A stretch of DNA of 62,509 bases from positions 1 to 62,509 of the forward strand of contig CAVKHV010000001.1 of assembly GCA_963656085.1 (NCBI GenBank), written 5' to 3'. The translations under genes were made by a program, and so were the position numbers. Origin of the DNA: Agathobacter sp. (GTDB lineage: Bacteria; Bacillota; Clostridia; Oscillospirales; Acutalibacteraceae). How positions within the stretch are numbered: position 1 is the stretch's first letter; every line of letters starts with the position of its first letter. Under the pieces are notes generated by a model. It made no database searches. It was not told where the DNA came from and worked only from the letters and a program-made list of their open reading frames with translations. Positions 10,821 through 19,119 of this stretch are shown piece after piece.

Positions 10821-11465
10821 TCAGAGTGATTTTAAGTTACGCACCGCAGCGCTTTTGTCTTCCGCATTAAACAGGAAACTTCCGGCAACAAGAACGTTCG
10901 CCCCGGCTTCTGCCGCCTGCGGCGCGGTAGCGGCGTTTATGCCGCCGTCAACCTCTAAATCAATATTAAGCCCCTGCCTTTGCGCTTCCTTTTTTAATGC
11001 GCGCAGTTTGCCGAGCGACTCCGGCATAAAACTCTGCCCGCCGAATCCCGGTTCAACCGACATTACAAGCACCATATCGCAAAGCGGAAGATACGGAAAT
11101 ATCTCTTCTGCCGCGGTGCAGGGCTTTATTGTAAGGCAGGAACGCACGCCGTTTTCACGTATTCTTTTAAGCGTGGAGTCAACCGGCGAACCCGCTTCAT
11201 AGTGAAAACCGAGGATATCGGCGACCTTGCAGAACTCGTCAATATACCTGTGCGGACGGTCGATCATCAGGTGAACGTCCATAGGAAGCGAGGTGTGAGC
11301 CTTTACCGATTTAATAAGCGGAATACCGAACGAAATATTCGGCACAAAAATACCGTCCATAACATCCATATGCAGCATATCGGTGCCGGCATTCTCAAGT
11401 TCTTTTAAAGTCGGCTCAAGGTTAAGAAAATCGGCGGTCAATATTGAAGGTGATACTTTTATCAT
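10821..11465 (-). CDS. rpe: Ribulose-phosphate 3-epimerase
   Basis: 214 aa. SPSILTADFLNL...HMDVMDGIFVPNISFG...VMSVEPGFGGQSF. Confidence 0.95.
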   Translation of the reverse strand: MIKVSPSILTADFLNLEPTLKELENAGTDMLHMDVMDGIFVPNISFGIPLIKSVKAHTSLPMDVHLMIDRPHRYIDEFCKVADILGFHYEAGSPVDSTLKRIRENGVRSCLTIKPCTAAEEIFPYLPLCDMVLVMSVEPGFGGQSFMPESLGKLRALKKEAQRQGLNIDLEVDGGINAATAPQAAEAGANVLVAGSFLFNAEDKSAAVRNLKSL

Positions 11466-11730
11466 TTCCGGTTCACTCCGTACTATAATATAATATATTT
11501 AATATTTTTATTTCGCGTCGGGCGGAACAATCGGGCAAAACCGTTCCGCCGCAATCGCTTTGTCTGTTATTTTACAACTTTTTATGCGATATTTCAATAA
11601 ATTTCTTATAAAGTTCTTGCTAAATTTCGCCGAATGAATTATACTTGTTATAATCGAATAGACAATATGATGGGGGGAAGACTGCTTTGCTCGGCTGCCC
11701 CGAATATTGTCCTGACAGGGGATATGTTAA

Positions 11731-13266
11731 TTGTTTTCAAAACAAACAAGTTGCGGTCTTTCCGGTATAGACGCTTTTGCGGTAACCGTTGAGACGGATA
11801 TTTCCGCAGGTATGCCTGCGTTCGATATAGTCGGCTTGCCCGACGCTGCGGTTAAAGAATCCAAAAACCGCGTCAGAGCCGCGTTAAAAAATAACGGTTT
11901 TGAACTGCCGCTTACTTCAATCACGGTCAACCTTGCGCCTGCCGGCGTAAGAAAAGAGGGCGCTGTTTACGATTTGCCGATACTGGTTTCGATTTTGGAC
12001 GCACTCGGCGAAATCAGTGCCGATAATACGAAAAGCGTGTTTATAGGCGAAGTTTCGCTTGACGGTGAAGTGCGCCCCGTTAAAGGCGTGCTGCCTATGA
12101 CGATTTTTGCAAGAAATCACGGTTTCGGGGAGGTTTTTCTGCCTGCCGGAAATTCGCGTGAAGCAGCGGTGGTTGACGGGGTCACGATTTATCCCGTTAA
12201 AACTGTGGGCGAACTTGTGGCGCATCTGCGCGGCAAAAAACACATACCGCCCGCACCGTTTTCGCCGATAATGCGCGAGCAGCGCGCATATGATGTCGAC
12301 TTTTGCGAAGTCAAGGGTCAGTATACCGCTAAAAGAGCACTTGAAATTGCCGCTGCGGGCGGTCATAATGTGCTGCTTGTGGGCCCTCCGGGTTCGGGTA
12401 AAAGTATGCTTGCGAAGCGGCTGCCCACAATACTGCCGCAAATGACGTTTGAAGAATCGCTTGAAACAACAATAGTACATTCGGTTGCCGGCACTTTGCC
12501 GAGCGGCGGCGCGGTCATATCCACGCGGCCGTTCCGCAACCCTCATTATACAGCCTCTGTTGCCGGACTTATAGGCGGCGGAGTTATCCCGAAACCGGGC
12601 GAAGTGTCGCTGGCGCATAACGGAGTTCTGTTTTTGGATGAACTGCCCGAATTTTCGCGCCATACTATGGAGACCCTGCGCGCACCGCTTGAGGACGGGT
12701 GTGTTACAATATCCCGCTCGCTTACAAGCGTTACATATCCCTGCTCAATAACTCTTGTAGCGGCTATGAATCCCTGCCCATGCGGATATTACGGACATCC
12801 CACCAAAAAATGTACCTGTTCGCCTGCGGCGGTTGCAAACTATCTCGGGCGGATATCGGGACCGATGCTTGACAGGCTGGATATTCACGTTGAGGTGCCG
12901 CCTGTGAAATATGAGGAACTGACGGGTGAGTCGGTTAAGGAAGAAACCAGCGCGGAAATTGCAAAACGGGTTGAAGCCGCAAGGAAAATACAAGCCGAGC
13001 GGTACGCCGGCACGGGGATAACCTGTAACGCCCGCCTTACGCCTACGCTTATACGCAGGTTCTGTACCCTTACCCCGCAGGCGGAAAAAGCGCTGCACGC
13101 AGCGTTTGACAACCTCGGTATGTCGGCACGCAGTTATGACCGTATACTTAAGGTTGCCCGCACCGCAGCCGACCTTGACGGAGAAACCGATATCGGATTC
13201 AAACATATTTCGGCTGCTATACAGTACCGCAGTCTTGACCGGAAATATTGGCATAACGAAATCTGA
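11731..13266 (+). CDS. YifB/ComM-family Mg-chelatase-like AAA+ ATPase
   Basis: 511 aa with an N-terminal Lon-protease-like domain. Walker A is GPPGSGKSM, followed by GVLFLDELPEF, a zinc-ribbon CPCGYYG...C.C, and the C-terminal ChlI-like region. A TTG start follows an in-frame TAA. Confidence 0.9.
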   Translation: MFSKQTSCGLSGIDAFAVTVETDISAGMPAFDIVGLPDAAVKESKNRVRAALKNNGFELPLTSITVNLAPAGVRKEGAVYDLPILVSILDALGEISADNTKSVFIGEVSLDGEVRPVKGVLPMTIFARNHGFGEVFLPAGNSREAAVVDGVTIYPVKTVGELVAHLRGKKHIPPAPFSPIMREQRAYDVDFCEVKGQYTAKRALEIAAAGGHNVLLVGPPGSGKSMLAKRLPTILPQMTFEESLETTIVHSVAGTLPSGGAVISTRPFRNPHYTASVAGLIGGGVIPKPGEVSLAHNGVLFLDELPEFSRHTMETLRAPLEDGCVTISRSLTSVTYPCSITLVAAMNPCPCGYYGHPTKKCTCSPAAVANYLGRISGPMLDRLDIHVEVPPVKYEELTGESVKEETSAEIAKRVEAARKIQAERYAGTGITCNARLTPTLIRRFCTLTPQAEKALHAAFDNLGMSARSYDRILKVARTAADLDGETDIGFKHISAAIQYRSLDRKYWHNEI

Positions 13267-13336
13267 TTTAAAACGTCAGGTAAAATAATATAAGACAGAA
13301 CAACACAACAATACAGCAGGAAAGCGGGACTGATCA

Positions 13337-14086
13337 ATGACGGCGAAAGATTACAGAAAAACGGCGCGGCAGGCACTCGCAGGGAACGGGGTGTCGGCGG
13401 TTTTTACCACCGTTATTGCTATGGCGCTCGGCGGAACCGTGACATGGATAACCCCTTTTGTCAAACTTAATTATGACAAATTCAAAGAGCCGCTCGGAAA
13501 GGCTTTCGGCATTAAATTCACCTCTTTTGTGTCATTGGGGTCGGATATATGGGCATGGGCTGTGTTCCTGCTCGGCGGCGTTATAAGCGTCGGTTTTGCA
13601 TACTTTTTTCTTGAACTTACAAAAGGGCGCGTTGCCGACGCGGACGCGCTGTTTGCAAGGTTTAAATGCTTTTTTCGCGCCTTTGCCGTAAGGTTTTTTA
13701 AAAGCGTTTTTACGGCGGTGTGGTCGGTTTTGCTTATAGTCATAGCGGTGTTTATAAAGCCGGGGAACATCTGGCTTATGGCGCTTATTCCGGCAGCGCT
13801 GGCACCTGCGGTGATTGCCGCATACGGTTACGCGCTTACGCCGTACATTTTAGCGGATGAGCCGAAAAGCGACCCTCTTAAAGTGCTCGGGCGCTCGCGT
13901 GCGATGATGAAAGGCAAAAAATTAAAACTTTTCAGGCTGCATTTAAGTTTCGCCGGCTGGATATTGCTCTGTTTTTTAACTCTGGGCGTCGCACTGATAG
14001 GTGTGGTTCCGTATATAAAGGCGGCAAATGCGGTGTTTTACCGCTCGGTGGCGCAAAATTATGTGCAGCCCGGACTTAAAACCTGA
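13337..14086 (+). CDS. DUF975-like integral membrane protein
   Basis: 249 aa with multiple TM segments. The N-terminal YRKTARQALAGN motif is typical of the DUF975 family (from memory). Confidence 0.6.
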   Translation: MTAKDYRKTARQALAGNGVSAVFTTVIAMALGGTVTWITPFVKLNYDKFKEPLGKAFGIKFTSFVSLGSDIWAWAVFLLGGVISVGFAYFFLELTKGRVADADALFARFKCFFRAFAVRFFKSVFTAVWSVLLIVIAVFIKPGNIWLMALIPAALAPAVIAAYGYALTPYILADEPKSDPLKVLGRSRAMMKGKKLKLFRLHLSFAGWILLCFLTLGVALIGVVPYIKAANAVFYRSVAQNYVQPGLKT

Positions 14087-14153
14087 AGCATCGAATATCT
14101 GCCTGTGCAGCGATGCGTCGATTTTACAATCTTAGTGTAAAATAAAAATAGGC

Positions 14154-14185
14154 AAAAAGAAGAGGAAGTTCAAAAAAGAACTTCC
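14154..14185 (-). terminator. Orphan minus-strand intrinsic terminator in the 465-bp intergenic region
   Basis: On the minus strand: GGAAGTTC-TTTTTT-GAACTTCC followed by TCTTCTTTTT. On the + strand no U-tract follows the hairpin. Confidence 0.45.
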
Positions 14186-14282
14186 CCAACGCACACAAAA
14201 ATCGAAAAAGCCAAAAGATTTTTATATAGTTTTTCCTCTGAATATATTTTTAGGACAGTGAATCGGAAGCAATTTTTAATTT

Positions 14283-14318
14283 TTGTCAAAACACGAAATG
14301 CATTTCGTGTTTTGACAA
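14283..14318. repeat. Perfect 36-bp palindrome (18-bp arms, no spacer)
   Basis: TTGTCAAAACACGAAATG|CATTTCGTGTTTTGACAA read directly from the sequence. It is followed on the + strand by TTATTTGTTTTT. Confidence 0.9.
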
Positions 14319-14432
14319 TTATTTGTTTTTCCTCTTGACAAAAATATTCGGGGGGGTAAACTGTATATGGATTTTTGTGTGCAGGTTTTCTTGCCAACTT
14401 TTACTTGACAGTTGCTTTTACAATAATTTCTA

Positions 14433-14461
14433 TTGACTGCACACGGGTTATGTTGTATTAT
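14433..14461 (+). promoter_or_regulatory. Candidate sigma-A promoter of the Tyr-kinase locus
   Basis: TTGACT, 17-nt spacer, TATTAT. It lies ~90 nt upstream of the ATG at 14552. Confidence 0.4.
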
Positions 14462-14551
14462 TTAATATGAGCCGTTATGAAGTGTGTTCGGCCTGTGCCT
14501 TGGCTGCGGTTGAACAGTATCGGTATTTTCAGGATTACAAAGGGTGAGGAA

Positions 14552-15397
14552 ATGAGATATCTGCGTATCTTAATATCTGTTTTGTGTGCGGCAAGCATAA
14601 TTGCCTACGCAGGATTGTATATCACAATTAAAATGGGGAGGGATGATACTCCTCCCGAAATAACCGACTCGCTGGGCGAGATCGAAGTGCTGTCAACCGC
14701 TACGGACAGCGAATTAAAAAAAGGCCTGACCGCAAGTGACAACAAGGACGGCGATGTTACCGATTCTATGATAGTCGGTAATCGCTCAAAGTTTACGGAC
14801 CACGGCGTCTGCACACTGGAATATATAGCGTTTGATAAGAGCAACAATGTTTCATCTTACAAAAGACAGGTGAAATTCACGGATTATCATTCCCCGCGAT
14901 TTACGCTCAGTCAATCCCTTGTATATCAGACGGGAAGGAATATTACGTTGCTTGAGTGCATAGGCGCAACCGACGTTCTTGACGGCGATATCAGCAATAA
15001 TGTAAGCATAACAGACAGCAATATAAGTCTTATCGAGAGCGGCGATTATTCAATAACCGTTAAGGCGGCGAACAGCGGCGGCGATGAGTCGAGTCTGGAA
15101 CTTCCGGTTCATCTTACAACTTCCTCCGAATTGCAGTTTGATGTTCATTTATCCGATTATATAGTATACGTTCCCGCAGGGACGGCGATCGACCCGACAA
15201 CCTACTTTACGGGCGTATCCTTAAGGGGTAAATCACTTGATCAGTCGCCTGTACAGTGCAGTGTGAAAGATATTGCAATAACCGGTACGGTTGACGCAAA
15301 TACGCCCGGCGTGTACGAAGTTTGCTACCGCTACACCGCCCCAACCGGGAAATCGGGGACATCTTACCTGGTTGTTGTGGTTGAGGCTGAGCGGTAA
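14552..15397 (+). CDS. Membrane-anchored protein with two DUF5011/Ig-like repeats
   Basis: Start chosen at MRYLRIL after RBS AAGGGTGAGGA. One N-terminal TM segment. Two repeats fit the pattern ..A.D..DGD[VI][TS]..[IV]......G.Y.[IL]....A.... Confidence 0.65.
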   Translation: MRYLRILISVLCAASIIAYAGLYITIKMGRDDTPPEITDSLGEIEVLSTATDSELKKGLTASDNKDGDVTDSMIVGNRSKFTDHGVCTLEYIAFDKSNNVSSYKRQVKFTDYHSPRFTLSQSLVYQTGRNITLLECIGATDVLDGDISNNVSITDSNISLIESGDYSITVKAANSGGDESSLELPVHLTTSSELQFDVHLSDYIVYVPAGTAIDPTTYFTGVSLRGKSLDQSPVQCSVKDIAITGTVDANTPGVYEVCYRYTAPTGKSGTSYLVVVVEAER

Positions 15398-15434
15398 CGC
15401 CGCATATCAAACGATAAAGCGAAGGATAATGTAA

Positions 15435-16865
15435 ATGAAAAACAGTAATAAAATAAGCCTGTCCGGTATGAATATCAACGTGGTAATGAACGACCTGCTC
15501 AGAAATCTGCCGTTTATTATAATGGCAGCGCTGACGGTTCTGGCGGCTTCTTTGGCATACGGAACGATCAAAAGCAAACCTTCCTATACATCGACCGCGG
15601 TTATAGCCGTAACCGCTAAATCGTCGAGCAATAGTGCAAATGCGTATAATGCGATAGACACGGCGATATCAATGGCTGATGTCTATAAAAACGTGCTCGG
15701 CGGCAAGGCCGTTGAACAGCGGGTCGCAAAAGATACCGGATTGGATTTCAGCAAGATTACTTTAAACGTAACAGATGTGCCCTCGACCAATCAGTTGAAT
15801 GTTTCGGTCACCTCGTACAGCCCGGAGTATGCCTATAAAGCTGTGAACCTGATACTTGATAACTGCCACACCGTAACCGATGAACTGTTCGGCAACGCAG
15901 TTATAGAAACCGTGAAAAATGCCGATATACCCACTAAAGCGGACACCGATAATAACATCGGCAAATATACCGCTTTGGGTATGTTTTTATTTGCCGCGGC
16001 AACCGCAGGAGTTTCGGTTTATGAATCCGTTACCCGCGATACCGTTAAAACAAAGGCGGACGCCCGTAATAACCTTGAAGGTAAATGCATCGGCACGATT
16101 ATGCACGAAAAGAATAAAAGGACGCATAAAAATAAAAAGTATTCCCTGCTTGTGACCAGGCCTTTGCTCTCGTCAAGGTATGTGGAATCTTACCGCAGAA
16201 TATCCGATGATATAGATTATAAAATGCGTAAATCGGGCGGCAAGGTAATTGCGGTAGGCGGTGTGTGTGAAAATGAAGGTAAAAGCACGGTATCGTCCAA
16301 CATCGCCCTGACCCTTGTTGAAAAAGGCAAAAAGGTACTGCTTTTGGACGCCGATTTCAGAAAACCGTCAATTTACAAAATGTTTGATATGCCGCCGTCC
16401 TCCGCTACACTGGCGGGTTATATCAAAAAAGAGATCGGGCTTGAAGACGCAATAAAATACGACGCAAAAAGAAAATTGTATTTCTGCGTCAACAGTACTT
16501 CATTCCCCGATGCCAGAGGTATTATTAAAAGCGACCGTTTTTTAAAACTTTTGGATTATGCCAAAGAGAATATGGATTATATAATTGTGGACACGGCGCC
16601 GTCATTTTTAAAATCGGAAACACGGATGCTGCTTGATGTGGTTGACGCGTCCTTGCTGGTAGTAAGGCAGGATGTCGCAGGTTATGTGGAAATAAACGAT
16701 GAGATTGAAATAAGGCGCGAAGCCGACAGCGAATATATCGGATATATTATCAACGACCTTGACGACGCAGCCGACACGGTACCGGACAGGAAGAGCAAAA
16801 TGTATGGCGCATATTCGTACAAATACTACACCTCTGAGAGTGAAACGGGAAAGGAGGAGCGGTAA
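15435..16865 (+). CDS. Fused Wzz/PCP chain-length-determinant domain + BY tyrosine kinase (paralog 1)
   Basis: Two TM segments flank a ~150-aa loop. Walker A is GGVCENEGKST, Walker A' is LLLDADFRKP, Walker B is IIVDTAP, and the C-terminal Tyr cluster is YGAYSYKYY. Confidence 0.85.
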   Translation: MKNSNKISLSGMNINVVMNDLLRNLPFIIMAALTVLAASLAYGTIKSKPSYTSTAVIAVTAKSSSNSANAYNAIDTAISMADVYKNVLGGKAVEQRVAKDTGLDFSKITLNVTDVPSTNQLNVSVTSYSPEYAYKAVNLILDNCHTVTDELFGNAVIETVKNADIPTKADTDNNIGKYTALGMFLFAAATAGVSVYESVTRDTVKTKADARNNLEGKCIGTIMHEKNKRTHKNKKYSLLVTRPLLSSRYVESYRRISDDIDYKMRKSGGKVIAVGGVCENEGKSTVSSNIALTLVEKGKKVLLLDADFRKPSIYKMFDMPPSSATLAGYIKKEIGLEDAIKYDAKRKLYFCVNSTSFPDARGIIKSDRFLKLLDYAKENMDYIIVDTAPSFLKSETRMLLDVVDASLLVVRQDVAGYVEINDEIEIRREADSEYIGYIINDLDDAADTVPDRKSKMYGAYSYKYYTSESETGKEER

Positions 16866-16868
16866 GTT

Positions 16869-18458
16869 ATGAACGAAGATATGAAAAACAACCAGAACGC
16901 AGATACCGTTGATTTTTACACCCTGATCGGTGATATCGTTGAAAGCGCAAAAAAATTAAAATGGATAATAGTTCTGCTTATATGCGTAGGTGCGCTGGCA
17001 AATTATCTTCGCCTGACCGTTTTCCGCACGCCGCTTTACACCTCGTCAATTACCTTCACGGTGAGCACTAAGGTGAACTACGGAGATGAGGATATATCCT
17101 ATTCGTACAATTACGCCAAGAGTTCTGATACCGACCGTTTTTCAAAAATCTTTCCGTCCCTTATAACATCGGACGCTATGGTGAAAGATTTGAAGGAAGA
17201 TGTAGGCAATGAGGCGAAAAATGCCGATATTTCGGTTGAAACCGTCAAAGATTCCAACCTTATGGAACTCTCTGCAACTTCAAAAGACCCGGAGCTCTCT
17301 TTTAATGTAATTAACTCGGTGTTTGAACACCTTCCGGAAATCTCAAAAACAGTTATAGGCGAGGCGAGGTATAATATAATCGAGCCGGCGCAAAAACCGA
17401 CAAGCCCTTCCAATACACCCTCCCTGAGGAAAGGTATGCTGGTGGGCGCGGCTGCCGGATTGTTTGCCGCCGCAGCGGTGGTTGTCATTTATGCCGTTAC
17501 AAGGAAAACGGTGCGCCGCAGTTCCGAAATAAAGGAACTCTTTAATATCAATTGCCTGTCCGTTGTGCCGGAAATCAGTATTAAAAAGAACTCAAAATCG
17601 CTTAACCAGCAGCCGGACATTTCAAACCCGAATGTGAGCAATGTTTTCCGCGAGGAATTTTACAGTATAGCGCTTAGACTTATTAAGCACTATCCGTCAA
17701 AAGACGGCGGGAAAATATTTATGTTTACGTCCACCCTTCCGGGTGAGGGGAAAACGCTTTGCGCTTACAATACCGCAAAGGCGTTGGCGGAAAACGGGAA
17801 GAACGTATTGCTTATAGATATGGACTTCTATCATCCGTCCGTACATCGGTTTTTTGAGGATAAATCGCAGTTAAAGTGCGACGTGGTAGACGTTCTGCTC
17901 GGAAAATATGATGAAGCCTACAGGGTCGGCAAAAGCAGCCTTTACGTCCTCGCCAAAGAAAATCCGCAGGATGAAGGAAAAAAACTTTTGCGCCTTTTCA
18001 ATTCCAATAGGTTGACAAGTTTTTTAAACGGACTTAAAAAAGATTGGGATTATATTGTGCTTGATACTCCGGCATGCACCCTTATTTCGGAGTCGTCAAG
18101 CCTATCCGAGCAATGCGACGCTTTGGTTTATGTTATACGCCAGGATTACGCAAAACAGAATCAAATAGCAGACGGTATACAGAGCGTGTCAAATTACGGA
18201 ACCGAAATCGCGGGATGCATATTCAACGGCATGGATTCTTCCTCTATGTCAAACAGAAGTTATTACAGATATGGTAAGTACGGCAGATACGGCAGATACA
18301 GCGGATACGGAAGATACGGAAGATACGGAAGATACGGCGGATACGGCTCTGCCGACAGTTACGGCGCCCGTGAAAGCGAAAATAACTATCCTGCAAAAAA
18401 GCGTATAAAAGATACCGATGCCGAAAAAACGGAAACAGCAATTACTAACGGCAGGTAG
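16869..18458 (+). CDS. Fused Wzz/PCP domain + BY tyrosine kinase (paralog 2) with a YGR-repeat tail
   Basis: Two TM segments. Walker A is TSTLPGEGKT, the variant Walker A' is LLIDMDFYHP, Walker B is IVLDTPA, and the C-terminal tail is YYRYGKYGRYGRYSGYGRYGRYGRYGGYG. Confidence 0.85.
   Translation: MNEDMKNNQNADTVDFYTLIGDIVESAKKLKWIIVLLICVGALANYLRLTVFRTPLYTSSITFTVSTKVNYGDEDISYSYNYAKSSDTDRFSKIFPSLITSDAMVKDLKEDVGNEAKNADISVETVKDSNLMELSATSKDPELSFNVINSVFEHLPEISKTVIGEARYNIIEPAQKPTSPSNTPSLRKGMLVGAAAGLFAAAAVVVIYAVTRKTVRRSSEIKELFNINCLSVVPEISIKKNSKSLNQQPDISNPNVSNVFREEFYSIALRLIKHYPSKDGGKIFMFTSTLPGEGKTLCAYNTAKALAENGKNVLLIDMDFYHPSVHRFFEDKSQLKCDVVDVLLGKYDEAYRVGKSSLYVLAKENPQDEGKKLLRLFNSNRLTSFLNGLKKDWDYIVLDTPACTLISESSSLSEQCDALVYVIRQDYAKQNQIADGIQSVSNYGTEIAGCIFNGMDSSSMSNRSYYRYGKYGRYGRYSGYGRYGRYGRYGGYGSADSYGARESENNYPAKKRIKDTDAEKTETAITNGR
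18261..18347 (+). repeat. About 9.7 tandem copies of a 9-bp unit (TAC GGN AGA) encoding the Tyr cluster
   Basis: tattacaga tatggtaag tacggcaga tacggcaga tacagcgga tacggaaga tacggaaga tacggaaga tacggcgga tacggc, in frame with 16869..18458. Confidence 0.9.
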
Positions 18459-19050
18459 GGGATTTGTTGCCGCCGCAGCCGTAATCTTACTTGCCGTAAC
18501 GGCGGCTGTGTTTTACTTTGGCGGAAAAGTTTCCGACCCGCTTTCGGAAAACAATTCAGGGCACGGCGGGGTTTCCGATAATAACGGGCAGGCGTGCCTG
18601 AATATCGTTGAAAAGGAACTGCAATTTGACGGTAAGGGGCGGTTTGACCCAATGGACGGTGTCACAGCCGAAGATGTTGACGGCAGCGACATAACGCCGC
18701 GCATAGCGGTAACCTATATCCCGACAAATGAAAACAGCATAAAGAAAATAAGGTATTCGGTCTTTCTGCAAAACGGCGAAAAGCTGAGTGAGAGCGTATT
18801 GCTTCGATTGGAAAACTATGACGCACCCACCATTACGGTCGACGCGGAGCTTCTTTCCGTTGCGGAATGCAATACGCTTGAGGATATGGTGAAGATAGGC
18901 GCGGTCAGTGCGGATGACGGTTTCGGAAATGACGCAACATCGGCGTTAACCTTTACCGTGAACTATTCAACCGAAGAAGAACAGACGGAAATAACCTTTA
19001 CCCTTAAAAATATGTTCGGGGATACGGTTGTTAAAAAAGTATTTTTATAA
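18418..19050 (+). CDS. Membrane-anchored DUF5011/Ig-like protein (second copy)
   Basis: The N-terminus is basic then TM (KKRKQQ...FVAAAAVILLAVTAAVFYF). DGVTAEDVDGSDITPRI matches the same Ig-like motif as 14552..15397. The start overlaps the previous gene by 41 nt, and the RBS is weak. Confidence 0.55.
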   Translation: MPKKRKQQLLTAGRGFVAAAAVILLAVTAAVFYFGGKVSDPLSENNSGHGGVSDNNGQACLNIVEKELQFDGKGRFDPMDGVTAEDVDGSDITPRIAVTYIPTNENSIKKIRYSVFLQNGEKLSESVLLRLENYDAPTITVDAELLSVAECNTLEDMVKIGAVSADDGFGNDATSALTFTVNYSTEEEQTEITFTLKNMFGDTVVKKVFL

Positions 19051-19119
19051 GCAGCGGAATCGTATACATATGTTATGGTTATGCTTCCGGCACGGCTGCT
19101 TTTTCGGGAGTTGAAACAA

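Noticed and set aside
14170-14397. The 75-aa minus-strand ORF in the 465-bp intergenic region.
   Set aside because: It has a TTG start, no Shine-Dalgarno and an AT-rich low-complexity translation, and it runs through the 36-bp palindrome. A non-coding transcript is more plausible than a protein.
18244-18441. A minus-strand ORF and apparent repeat peptide (RIFRIFRIFRI) opposite the kinase tail.
   Set aside because: It is simply the reverse-complement reading of the TAC-GGN-AGA microsatellite inside a well-supported kinase gene.
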